Source: Phormidesmis sp. (GTDB taxonomy: Bacteria; Cyanobacteriota; Cyanobacteriia; Leptolyngbyales; Leptolyngbyaceae). From it: a stretch of DNA of 64,000 nucleotides. Positions 1-9,477 of the stretch are shown here, in pieces. A program made the position numbers and the translations under genes. Where the stretch lies: contig CBDFJR010000005.1 of NCBI GenBank assembly GCA_965248535.1, positions 544,001-608,000 of the forward strand. The letters run 5' to 3'. Every line of letters begins with the position of its first letter. The first letter of the stretch is position 1. The notes under the pieces are model-generated. The model was not told where the DNA came from, did no database searches, and worked only from the letters and a program-made list of their open reading frames with translations.

Positions 1-1585
1 CAAGTGTTGAGAATTGTTCTGTCTTGACAACTGCACCCAAGCAAGGCTGAAGACGGGTTTGCAAAATCACCAAGATGACAAACTCGGTCAGTGACCAATG
101 ACCATCGACCTTGGCTAATCCTTGAACAGTGTTGAACAATTGTTGACACTGAGCCGCAGAGTTTTGGAGTAAAGCGGGTATCGCGAGATCTAAAAAGGGA
201 GTACGATCGCGCTCTGCCAACTGTTCAATAGATGAGTGCAACGTCAGCATTTGTTCACTGATCTCTGGCTCGATCTGGCGCAGCCACTCTATTTGCTGGG
301 AGCGGACTTGCAGATTTTCGGGGTCGAGCAACAGGGCATAGACAAGAGCGATCGCGCCTTGACGTTCCTGAATACCCAACTGCACAGGTTCTGATACTTG
401 CAATAGTAGCGATTGTGGATAGGCAACAGGCTTTGAGCGAACAACTGCCAACGGTTGAGACCCGCTCGACCCGGCAAAACCCATGACCAGAGAATCCTGA
501 GATGCGATGCTAGAGCTAGAAGCTGAGAGTTGAGAATCTAACCCACCCAGGCGGCGGAGGCGCTGCCGAATCGGGGGATGAGTTGCCATCAGATCCTCTA
601 GTGAGGAAAATTTGATAGCACTGCCAAAAAACATATGACTTGATGCCTCAGCGTGAGGAGACTGAAGCCGCGAACCGACTCCGCCAATCTTCTGCAACGC
701 TCCTGCAATGCCATCGGGGTTGCGCGTAAACTGCACCGCCGAAGCATCGGCCAAAAACTCTCGTTGACGAGACACCGCACTCTTGATCAGCCGACCAAAC
801 AGCAAGCCGAGCGACCCGATCGCCATCAGCGCCAGGCCAAAATACCAGAGCCAACTGCGATCGCTGTCTTCTGACTCAATCATCAATCTGCCCACAATGT
901 AGACAAACAAAATGCCGTGCAAAACCCCCACTAATCGAAGGTTGAGCCGCATATCTCCGTTGAGAATGTGACTAAATTCGTGACCAATCACGCCCTGCAA
1001 TTCGTCGCGGGTTAACTGCTGCAAACAGCCACGAGTCACCCCAATTACCGCATTTTGAGGGGTGAACCCTGCCGCAAACGCATTGATTCCTAACTCGTTG
1101 TCTAACAGATAGACCGCAGGCGGAGGAATGCTGGACGCGATCGCCATTTCGTCAACAATGTTCAACAACTGTTGCTCGTCGGCATTGGCCATTTCTGCCA
1201 GAAGTATCCGTCCGCCTAACTCTTGAGCAATGACGCTGCCCCCTTGTTGTAGGGAAGAGATTTTATAGAGACTAGCGATCGTGATCACAACAATAGTGAC
1301 GATCGCCACCAGCCCAAACAGTTCAGGATTCCACCAGCCAGCAGTGCCAATGTGAGGTAGAGAACTGGTGACTAAATCAGGGCACGATCGCCGACCGATT
1401 CTGCTAAATATACCAATCTGTGACCCTCTGCAAACCGACGACACACTCCTCGAAATTGCGATATTAAAAATGATCAAAGCCGCAACGTAGATTGCCACGA
1501 TCATGGCAGCAACCGAGAGCGCAAACAGTCCCATGAGTTGCCGAGTGTTCTGCCGCGCCCGGTCTTGATGCTCAAAAAAGTTCAT
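1..1585 (-). CDS. M48 (HtpX-like) zinc metalloprotease with C-terminal extension; 3' end beyond the window
   Basis: Manual translation from ATG 1585: MNFFEHQDRARQNT...INAFAAG...GHEFSH (HEXXH)...SRQREFLADA...ATHPP; directly downstream of lemA. Confidence 0.9.
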   Translation of the reverse strand, partial: MNFFEHQDRARQNTRQLMGLFALSVAAMIVAIYVAALIIFNIAISRSVSSVCRGSQIGIFSRIGRRSCPDLVTSSLPHIGTAGWWNPELFGLVAIVTIVVITIASLYKISSLQQGGSVIAQELGGRILLAEMANADEQQLLNIVDEMAIASSIPPPAVYLLDNELGINAFAAGFTPQNAVIGVTRGCLQQLTRDELQGVIGHEFSHILNGDMRLNLRLVGVLHGILFVYIVGRLMIESEDSDRSWLWYFGLALMAIGSLGLLFGRLIKSAVSRQREFLADASAVQFTRNPDGIAGALQKIGGVGSRLQSPHAEASSHMFFGSAIKFSSLEDLMATHPPIRQRLRRLGGLDSQLSASSSSIASQDSLVMGFAGSSGSQPLAVVRSKPVAYPQSLLLQVSEPVQLGIQERQGAIALVYALLLDPENLQVRSQQIEWLRQIEPEISEQMLTLHSSIEQLAERDRTPFLDLAIPALLQNSAAQCQQLFNTVQGLAKVDGHWSLTEFVILVILQTRLQPCLGAVVKTEQFSTL

Positions 1586-1588
1586 AAC

Positions 1589-2179
1589 TTATTCAAACGA
1601 GACGCGAGGAGCCACTTTGACTTCGGGTGCCACTTCTGCCAACAGTTGGGCTTCGGCAAAGTTAAAGCCCCCAGCAATCACACTGCTCGGAAACACTTCT
1701 CGCTTGGTGTTGTAGACCGTGATGGCATCGTTAAAGGCTTGACGAGCAAAGGCGATGCGATTTTCGGTTGACGAAAGTTCTTCCATGACTCGTGTCATTG
1801 TCTGATCGGCCTTGAGATCAGGATAGGCTTCTGAGATGGCGAGAAAACGCCCTAACGCCCCCGTGAGAGCGGCTTCTGCATTGCCTAACTGCTGCATTGC
1901 CTGTGGGTCTCCGGGTGCTTGGGCGGCTCGACCACTGGCCGTTAAAGCAGAATTGCGGGCGGCAATCACGGCTTGCAGCGTTTCTTTCTCATATTTCATG
2001 TAGCCTTTGGCCGTTTCAATCAGATTGGGAATCAGATCGTAGCGACGCTGAAGCTGAATATCAATCTGCGAGTAGGCGTTTTTATAACGATTGCGGAGCG
2101 TGACTAGACCGTTGTAAGCATCCACAACAATGAAGCCGAGGACTAAGACCAAGGCAACGAGAAAAATTAGAAATCCCAT
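1589..2179 (-). CDS. lemA: LemA family protein
   Basis: N-terminal TM, YNGLV..RN, QLQRRYDLIPNL, EAYPDLKA, ENRIAFARQAFN. Confidence 0.95.
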   Translation of the reverse strand: MGFLIFLVALVLVLGFIVVDAYNGLVTLRNRYKNAYSQIDIQLQRRYDLIPNLIETAKGYMKYEKETLQAVIAARNSALTASGRAAQAPGDPQAMQQLGNAEAALTGALGRFLAISEAYPDLKADQTMTRVMEELSSTENRIAFARQAFNDAITVYNTKREVFPSSVIAGGFNFAEAQLLAEVAPEVKVAPRVSFE

Positions 2180-2331
2180 ACTAGTGAAATCCTCAAGGGT
2201 GAGACGAAATGGCGGTGTTAATTAAGAGTAAGTAGTCACAGTTTGTTGAAGATACAAGAGAGAAGTTTGCATTCCCGATCGCCAGTGTTCCCCCTCCGAT
2301 ATTTGAGGGCAACATCCGATCGAGCAGACAC

Positions 2332-2361
2332 AAAAAAAGGGAGCTACTGTCAGCCCCCGTT
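2332..2361 (-). terminator. Intrinsic terminator after the PEP-CTERM gene
   Basis: Minus strand GGGGGCT-gacagt-AGCTCCC followed by T7. Confidence 0.75.
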
Positions 2362-2390
2362 ACGCATTTTGTGAATGAATCTAAACAGCC

Positions 2391-3326
2391 TTACGCTTTT
2401 TTGAGCCGATGGCGCTTGAGAGCAAGCAAACTGCCCAACCCCACTAAGCCCAGCAAAGCAGACGGCTCAGGAACGTGCTTTTTGATCGGAGCCACTCCTT
2501 TGATTTTGATCTCATAATTGCCACTGTGAGAGATGCCATCACTTTTCTCAACCAGATTAGACTGGGTTGCAGAAAAGCCAAAGCCGTAGTCAACGACCCC
2601 GTTGTAGGAGTATTTGAAAACTTCGCTGGCTTGAATGGGAGTGGCTCCTAGCTGGGTTTTTAAGCCCGCGATCGTCGCTTTGCTCTGTTGAGTTGAGGCT
2701 GATCCAGGCAAGTTCGCGAGATAGGCATCAAGCGACTTTGTGATCAGAGTGTTGGCGTTTAAGTGACCTGCCAAACCGACTTGAATCTCTCCCGTCGTGT
2801 CGTTCTGATTGACGTAGGAAATGTTAGGGTCACTAAACCGTTCAAAGCCCCCATAGGTTTTGAAAATGTTGAACATCTGCAAACCTGCGCTGGTGCCTGC
2901 CAGACTGCCCAACCCATTTTGAGTCAGCGCTTGACCAAACCAATATTGACCAAAGGTGGTGCCTTTATAGGCGCTGTTCCAGTCGTCTTTAGTCAAGCTG
3001 CTGAGAGTGATCGCTTTGCCCCCGATCGTTCCACTCAGGCTGGTGGTTTTGGTGAAATCAAAGCCAGCCTTCTCACTGCTGGCTGCAAGCTCAACGTTGC
3101 CCGTCGGGTGGTTGCTGTCACCGCCTAAGACCTTGGCCAAGTTTGCGGGAGTTTTGGCCACCTCAAAGGTGTTGGTCGAGTTGGCATCATAGATCAGATA
3201 GTCAGTTGGGTTGGTGCCGCCGATCGTTGCGCCCGATAGTGTGCCTGCAAAGGCGGGAGTGCCCATAATCGCACTCGCCGTGACGATCGCGCTGGCGATC
3301 GCCAGCCGAGGAAGTTTTTTTACCAT
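2391..3326 (-). CDS. Secreted PEP-CTERM (exosortase target) protein
   Basis: Signal peptide MVKKLPRLAIA...AFA; C-terminal VPEP + TM + KRHRLKK; start taken at ATG 3326. Confidence 0.92.
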   Translation of the reverse strand: MVKKLPRLAIASAIVTASAIMGTPAFAGTLSGATIGGTNPTDYLIYDANSTNTFEVAKTPANLAKVLGGDSNHPTGNVELAASSEKAGFDFTKTTSLSGTIGGKAITLSSLTKDDWNSAYKGTTFGQYWFGQALTQNGLGSLAGTSAGLQMFNIFKTYGGFERFSDPNISYVNQNDTTGEIQVGLAGHLNANTLITKSLDAYLANLPGSASTQQSKATIAGLKTQLGATPIQASEVFKYSYNGVVDYGFGFSATQSNLVEKSDGISHSGNYEIKIKGVAPIKKHVPEPSALLGLVGLGSLLALKRHRLKKA

Positions 3327-3510
3327 TTCGCGCCGTTGTTGTGAAGTTGGATGCAGGGGCAACTCTGGGCAGTCCCAGTCCTGAAATCGTTTTTGAGAGC
3401 CATCTATCTCTGGCTACCCTATCCTGCCCAATTTACAAAAGACTCTACTGAACGTTCGCGAAGTTCTGGTTAAGCTTTCTCAGCTAGCATCAAGGCTGTG
3501 TGAAGCTTGT

Positions 3511-4698
3511 CTAAGGGCGATTTGGCGAGGGGTCGCCTAAGAACTGAGCTATGCGATCAACCGCCGTTTCTAAAATCTCTGAGGGATGAACCAAGGCAAA
3601 TCGCACATAGCCTTCGCCCGACTTGCCAAACCCTGCGCCAGGTGAGACTGCGACCCCAGTAGCTTCCACCAAGTCGATGCAGAATTTGATCGAGTCTGTA
3701 CTCCAGGGTTCTGGCAATTTTGCCCAGACATAGAGGGCTGTTTGAGGCGTGGGAACTAGCCACCCGATCTGAGCAAGAGCCGCGACAAAGACATCTCGAC
3801 GCTGACGAAAGGTAGCGATCGCTGCTTGGGTGCCCGCTTGAGACCCGGTGAGGGCAGCGATCGCGCCGTTTAGAATGCCTTGATATTGATTGAAGTCTAC
3901 CGCCGCTTTGACGTGCCGCAAAGCTCGAATGAGTTGGGCATTGCCGATCGCATAGCCCACCCGAAAACCGCCCATATTGTAGGACTTAGAGAGCGTGAAG
4001 AACTCGATCGAGACGCTCTTATGAGGATCAGCCTGCAAAATCGAGGGCGCTGCGGTGTCGCTAAACACCAGATCGACATAGGGAAAGTCATGCACCAGCA
4101 CCAGATTGTGTTCCTGGCAAAACGCGACGGCTTCCTTGAAAAAAGAGAGAGGCGCGATCGCTGTCGTCGGATTGTGGGGATAGCTCAACACCATCATTCT
4201 CGACTGGGCTAAGACGTGAGGTGGAATGTCTTGTAAAACAGGCAAAAATCCGTTTTCTGCTTTGAGCGGCATCGGGTAAATTTGACCGCTTGCCAGATGA
4301 ATGCCCCCCGCATGGGAGGGATAGCCCGGATCGAGCAGCAGCGCAAAATCACCAGGATTCAAGATCGCCAAGGGCAAATGGGCCGTGCCTTCTTGAGAGC
4401 CGATGAGAGGCAAGACCTCCGTTTCTGGATCGATGGCAATGCCGAACTTTTGGGTATACCAACTCGCCGCCGCTTGCCGAAAGGACTGGGTGCCGTGAAA
4501 CAAGAGATAGCCGTGAGTGCTGGGATCATGGAGCGATCGCCCGATCGCTTCTAACACATGGGGCTGGGTCGGAAGATCAGAAGACCCCAGAGACAGGTCA
4601 ATGATCTCACGTCCGGCTGTCTGGGCTTTAGTTTTCGCCCGATCCATGTCAGCAAAGACATTGACTTGCAACAGTTCTAAACGAGTGGCAAATTGCAT
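3511..4698 (-). CDS. PLP-dependent class I/II aminotransferase (LL-diaminopimelate aminotransferase-like)
   Basis: GSQEG, YPHNPT, D-F-P-Y, SKSYNMGGFRVG (PLP lysine); start MQFATRL. Confidence 0.88.
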   Translation of the reverse strand: MQFATRLELLQVNVFADMDRAKTKAQTAGREIIDLSLGSSDLPTQPHVLEAIGRSLHDPSTHGYLLFHGTQSFRQAAASWYTQKFGIAIDPETEVLPLIGSQEGTAHLPLAILNPGDFALLLDPGYPSHAGGIHLASGQIYPMPLKAENGFLPVLQDIPPHVLAQSRMMVLSYPHNPTTAIAPLSFFKEAVAFCQEHNLVLVHDFPYVDLVFSDTAAPSILQADPHKSVSIEFFTLSKSYNMGGFRVGYAIGNAQLIRALRHVKAAVDFNQYQGILNGAIAALTGSQAGTQAAIATFRQRRDVFVAALAQIGWLVPTPQTALYVWAKLPEPWSTDSIKFCIDLVEATGVAVSPGAGFGKSGEGYVRFALVHPSEILETAVDRIAQFLGDPSPNRP

Positions 4699-4782
4699 AC
4701 GCGCTTGCGATCGCCCATCAGCATTGAGACGACAGAATTTTAGATCCTCAGTGTACCGCTTCAACAGTGCGGATAGGGCTGC

Positions 4783-5112
4783 CTACGCCGGAAGCTGAGA
4801 CAGCACAAAATCCTCTAGTTTTTGTTTGCTGATTGCGCCTTCGCTAGCTTTTTTCACGGCTCCGCTCTCAAAGAATCTAAAGGCAGGAACGCCTTCTATT
4901 TTGCACTGAGAAACACTTTTGGGATTGGGATCGACTTCCATCTTAATCACTTTTAAGCGATCGCCATAGCTAGAGGCGATGCCTTCGACCAGAGGAGCCG
5001 TCAACCGACAGGGCCCACACCACGAAGCCCAAAAATAAACCAGCACGGGCTGATCGGCGTTTAGCACTTCAGCTTCAAACTCGTCGTCTCCAATTACCCG
5101 AACGCTGCCCAT
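4783..5112 (-). CDS. Thioredoxin
   Basis: WCGPC active site, 109 aa. Confidence 0.95.
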   Translation of the reverse strand: MGSVRVIGDDEFEAEVLNADQPVLVYFWASWCGPCRLTAPLVEGIASSYGDRLKVIKMEVDPNPKSVSQCKIEGVPAFRFFESGAVKKASEGAISKQKLEDFVLSQLPA

Positions 5113-5168
5113 ATTGCTATCACTATTACTAACATCCGTTCATAATTCTAAAGCCTTTGCAGAGACAA

Positions 5169-5202
5169 AGATTCCCGGCTTCTCTAAGGAAGTCGGGAAT
5201 CT
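5169..5202. repeat. Palindromic hairpin between vipp1 and trx
   Basis: AGATTCCCGGCTTC-tctaag-GAAGTCGGGAATCT. Confidence 0.75.
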
Positions 5203-5218
5203 GCGGATCGCAATAATC

Positions 5219-6013
5219 TTAAAGCTGATCGAGTTGCTTTTTTAGATCTTCTAGCTCTGCGTCAACAACCTGGCGATCTTGAGGAGACGCGGTGGACTTG
5301 GTTTGAGGAGTTGCGGGTGCAGTGCCGGGCAACTGAGCCTGATTTTGAGGCGTGCTCGGAGCCAGCATTTGCGCCTTCATCGCTTCGAGTTCGAGGTCAA
5401 CGTCTCCTGACTCTAGTCTGGCAAATTGGCTTTCTAAATCGGCACCTGCCAACTCAGCGGCTGCCTGCGATCGCGCCTCTAGCTGCAAAACTTTATCCTC
5501 CATCCGCTCAAAGGCGGCCATCGCGCTGCCTGTGCCCAGATTTCCGACCGCGTTTTGCAACTGTTCTTGAGCTTTGGCAGCGCTGGCGCGGGCCCGCAGC
5601 ATATCTTTTTTGGTTTTTGCTTCAGAGATTTTGCCTTCTAGGGCGATCAAACTGCGCTTGAGAGTGTCAACCTGGGTCACTTGCTGATCGAGTTGACTCT
5701 TGAGAGTGGTCGAGGTGTCGGCGTAGGTCTTTTTGCGGAGTAGAGCTTCACGGGCGAGATTTTCATCGCCTTTTTGCAGGGCAAGCTGGGCTTTTTGCTG
5801 CCAGCTAGTTGATTGCGTTTGGGCCTGGTTATATTGCTGCTCGGTGCGTTTTTGGCTGGCGATCGCGCTAGCCACCGCCTGACGCAACTGCACCAGATCC
5901 TCCTGCATATCGATGACAGCCTGTTCCAGGATCTTTTCTGGGTCTTCAGCCTTGCTCACCATGTCGTTGACGTTCGCTCTGACCACGCGGCTGATTCGGT
6001 CAAATAATCCCAT
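5219..6013 (-). CDS. vipp1: VIPP1/IM30 (PspA family)
   Basis: MGLFDRISRVVRAN..KAEDPEKILEQ; coiled coil; linker plus extra C-terminal helix (VVDAELEDLKKQLDQL). Confidence 0.93.
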   Translation of the reverse strand: MGLFDRISRVVRANVNDMVSKAEDPEKILEQAVIDMQEDLVQLRQAVASAIASQKRTEQQYNQAQTQSTSWQQKAQLALQKGDENLAREALLRKKTYADTSTTLKSQLDQQVTQVDTLKRSLIALEGKISEAKTKKDMLRARASAAKAQEQLQNAVGNLGTGSAMAAFERMEDKVLQLEARSQAAAELAGADLESQFARLESGDVDLELEAMKAQMLAPSTPQNQAQLPGTAPATPQTKSTASPQDRQVVDAELEDLKKQLDQL

Positions 6014-6261
6014 AATTCTGTCGTTCCTCTTGACGTGTATACAAAAGGGTGTGCTGTAAACCTATACGTTATCTCACACCGCCGATCGTAGAAAGAAATC
6101 TACTGAATTAATTAGCGCCTTCTGACCTAATAGTTCACAGTTCTGGCGATTCTTGCTCAGTCAGATCGGCCACCTTACGACCTGTCAAAAACTAGGCCCT
6201 TCCTTAGTTTAAGAATTTCAGGCTGAAATCGGTAGATCAATCGATTTTTTACCGGATTCTG

Positions 6262-7479
6262 TCAAGAATTGAAGGCCGGGAAAAAAGTTGCCCCCACCGA
6301 TCGCTTTAATTTTCGCATTGCTCGACCCGCCATATCGCTAAATAAAAGATCGCCACATAAAAGCTGGGCGGCCATGCGAGTAGCGTTTTCAGATTTAACA
6401 CCATATTTATAGAAAGCGCCCGTCCATTGATAGAAGACTTGAGCCAGGGTCAAGGCAGCATCAAAGTTAGCAGCAAATTCAGCATGAATGCGATCGGTGT
6501 AGTGGTCTGCCGCCTGATCGACTAAACATTGAGCCGCGATCTGACCACTTTTGACCGCGTGGAGAATCCCGTCGCCAAAGAGAGGATTGATCAATCCAGC
6601 GGCATCTCCGACTAGCAAAATCCGTCCTTCGTGAAGCGGCTCTTTGCCCTGCCAGGTCGGTAGAGGGTGAGCGTGAAAACGGGCCTGGTCCCGATCGAGC
6701 GGCAGCCCCATCGCTTCGACATAGTGAAAAATAGTCTGCTGTAGCTCAGTTCGCAAAGCCCGGTTGCTGCGAGCGTCTTGGCGATTGGGTCGAAACACGC
6801 CAGCGCCAATATTCAGGTGATCGGCTTTAGGAAAAATCCAGGCATAGCCGCGCTTGACGGCTCCATACTCCAAATGGGCCACATCGGGGCGCAGATCACC
6901 CAGTCCGTCTCCCCATCGGTGAGGGTGCTCCAGTTCCATAGCTAGGGCGATCGCTCGATTTTGCCGCAGTCGCGTTGATTTGACCGTGACCCCGTTAGCG
7001 CCGTCAGCACCAATGACATAGTGAGCTTTGGCAACAAAAGAACTGCCTGTTTTGATGTCTTGAGCCAAAACTTTGATGCCATCTGGCTCGACTTGGAGCG
7101 ATCGCACAGCTAGCCCGTCTCGCAACTCTGCGCCCGATCGCACGGCTCGTTGAGCGAGGGCATGGTCAAACACCGATCGCTGCACCATCCACAGCAGCAA
7201 TCGCCTATCGACACCAGGCGGGTTAATGGCTGCGAGACAAGCATCGTCAAAGTTCCAAGTGTGGCGCAGATGAGTGACTTGAGACTCAATAAACGCTTCA
7301 GGTGCCAAATCTTGCAAGTGGTCTTGCAGCACCATCGGCATTCCACCCCCACAGGTCTTATGGCGAGGCAAAAACTGCTTCTCTAGCAGGGCAACCTTTA
7401 GCCCCGCTTGGGCGGCTTCTGCGGCTGCTACAGTTCCGGCTGGCCCGGCACCACACACCACCAGATCATAATTCAACAT
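6262..7479 (-). CDS. Geranylgeranyl reductase family FAD oxidoreductase
   Basis: GAGPAG, PRHKTCGGG, GADGANG, GYAWIFPK, GDAAG. Confidence 0.88.
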   Translation of the reverse strand: MLNYDLVVCGAGPAGTVAAAEAAQAGLKVALLEKQFLPRHKTCGGGMPMVLQDHLQDLAPEAFIESQVTHLRHTWNFDDACLAAINPPGVDRRLLLWMVQRSVFDHALAQRAVRSGAELRDGLAVRSLQVEPDGIKVLAQDIKTGSSFVAKAHYVIGADGANGVTVKSTRLRQNRAIALAMELEHPHRWGDGLGDLRPDVAHLEYGAVKRGYAWIFPKADHLNIGAGVFRPNRQDARSNRALRTELQQTIFHYVEAMGLPLDRDQARFHAHPLPTWQGKEPLHEGRILLVGDAAGLINPLFGDGILHAVKSGQIAAQCLVDQAADHYTDRIHAEFAANFDAALTLAQVFYQWTGAFYKYGVKSENATRMAAQLLCGDLLFSDMAGRAMRKLKRSVGATFFPAFNS

Positions 7480-7538
7480 AGTCTTGGCTTGACGGCTAAA
7501 AGGTCGATCTTTAGCCTAGTGCACAATGGAAAGCTTGC

Positions 7539-7871
7539 TTAATCGGCGGTCTCTAGTAGAGTCTTAAAGGTGGCTTCTAGAGTCTGCACTTCCCTTAAGA
7601 TCTGCTGTTTTGCCCGATCGTGAGTCTTCCACCACTCACCGCGTAAATTAATTCCGACCACATAGCGCTCTTTTGAGCAAGCAATAATCACCGAGATGCC
7701 TTGTTCGAGCAGTTTTGACCCTAGCTCATAGACCTGATCACGGCGGCGGGGGCTAAAAACGTGAAATTGCAAAAACATTTCGCCTTGATAGCTGATGCTG
7801 TCACAGACACGATCGTCAAACCACGACTTAAAGAAGCAGCAATCCGCTTCGTTTGCCAGTAGCAATTTCAT
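7539..7871 (-). CDS. Hypothetical protein
   Basis: 110-aa ATG ORF filling the gap with protein-like composition. Confidence 0.7.
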   Translation of the reverse strand: MKLLLANEADCCFFKSWFDDRVCDSISYQGEMFLQFHVFSPRRRDQVYELGSKLLEQGISVIIACSKERYVVGINLRGEWWKTHDRAKQQILREVQTLEATFKTLLETAD

Positions 7872-8293
7872 CTTCTTTCACCCGCTCCAACGGTTGTATT
7901 TGGCCTAGCGAATAATATTTTGTTTACCTAGTTAAATTATTCTACTGCTGGCTCTCGTTGATCAACCACAGGTCTAGGGAGGTAAAAATGTCGCTAAGAT
8001 TAGGTGCCTGGTAACCAGGTTACATCTTCCCTCATCTTTGATAGCACCGCAGGGTCAGACACCCCATCGTGCTTTCACCAAACTATGAGAGGGTCAGTCC
8101 GCTAGACTTTACGTAGCTATTCTGACCAACCGACCTCTTGCTGACGCTCACACTTCACAAAATTTCTGAATTATCGCGATCGACTCATGGCTAATGACTG
8201 CTGCACGATTCAAAACCTGGATGGTTTTCTCATCGAACGGTTACCCAATCTGATTAGTCCGCCAATGCTCAATCAGAGAGGCGGGGCGCTCCA

Positions 8294-9391
8294 ATGAAAA
8301 TCTTGGTCATTGAGGATGAAACAGACGTTCGGCTTAATATTGTGGAGATTTTAGCATCGGGCGGCTTTGATCCAATTCATGCAGAAGATGGTCTAACGGG
8401 CTTAAATCTGGCCAAAAAAAGGCCGCCAGATTTGATTGTTTGTGATATTAAAATGCCAGATTTTGATGGCTACTGTGTGCTCAAAGCGCTGCGCCAAGAT
8501 CCTTTAACCGCAGAGATTCCATTTATTTTTTTGACTGCCAAGTCTGACAAAGCCGAGATGCGCCAGGGCATGAATTTAGGAGCCGATGATTATCTGACTA
8601 AACCCTTTCGACGGTTGGAATTGTTAGAAACGATCGCGGCACGACTTAAACGCCACCGTGCTCAAATAGACATTCAAGAAAAGGTGAGAGATCTACAAGA
8701 ACTGACCCTTCAAAAAAATGATTTGGTCACCACAATTACCCATGATCTCAGAGCACCTTTAACGACGATTAAAGTCGCTCTGCAATTGATAGCAGCGGTT
8801 CCTAATAATGGCAAACAATATATAGAGATTGCTCTGGTTGCTTGCGCTCAAGGAGAGGCTTTAATTCAAAATCTTTTAGATCTTTATCAATTAGAGTCAG
8901 GCGAGACTTTAGCTACGCCAAAACCTCTGGACTTGAAGGAGCATTTTCACAAAATTATCGAGTCGTTTCAAATTCGCGCTCTCGACTGTCAACAGGTTTT
9001 GACGATTGATTTGCCCGACACGCTGCCCACGATCGTTCACGATGCCGTCAGCCTGCAACGCATCTTTGTCGAGCTTCTCAACAATGCAGGCAAATATACG
9101 CCGAGTCGGGGTGAAATCATTTTTAAGATTCGTGAATTTGTGCAGCCAGATCAAACGCCGATGCTGCGGTTTACAGTAATTAACCAATCAGAAATTGCGG
9201 GTGAAGATTTGCCGCATATTTTTGACAAGTTTTATCGGGCATCGAGAAACGATCGCTGGAGACAGGGCGGCACTGGGCTGGGGTTAGCCCTGGTTAAAAA
9301 GCTGGTCGATCAGCTTCAAGGCTCGATTCAAGTCAACAGTGCAAACGGCTGGACTGCCTTTGTCGTTGACCTTCCCTTTAAACCTCTTTAA
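8294..9391 (+). CDS. Hybrid response regulator-histidine kinase (REC-HisKA-HATPase)
   Basis: KILVIEDE, CDIKMP, LTKPF; THDLRAPL H-box; NAGKY; GGTGLGL. Confidence 0.93.
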   Translation: MKILVIEDETDVRLNIVEILASGGFDPIHAEDGLTGLNLAKKRPPDLIVCDIKMPDFDGYCVLKALRQDPLTAEIPFIFLTAKSDKAEMRQGMNLGADDYLTKPFRRLELLETIAARLKRHRAQIDIQEKVRDLQELTLQKNDLVTTITHDLRAPLTTIKVALQLIAAVPNNGKQYIEIALVACAQGEALIQNLLDLYQLESGETLATPKPLDLKEHFHKIIESFQIRALDCQQVLTIDLPDTLPTIVHDAVSLQRIFVELLNNAGKYTPSRGEIIFKIREFVQPDQTPMLRFTVINQSEIAGEDLPHIFDKFYRASRNDRWRQGGTGLGLALVKKLVDQLQGSIQVNSANGWTAFVVDLPFKPL

Positions 9392-9477
9392 ATAAAATAA
9401 CCTTGTGGCGATTTAACGCCCTTGCAAGGGTGTTTTGAGCAAAAATTAACGTTATCGCTTTTAGTGTTCCTGACCCA

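Noticed and set aside
289..874. Short ORFs in the supplied track
   Set aside because: They overlap the long minus-strand M48 protease frame that the track missed because it runs off the window
8007..8023. GTAACC-A-GGTTAC as an NtcA site
   Set aside because: Spacing is GTA-N7-TAC rather than N8; the overlapping short palindromes could be chance
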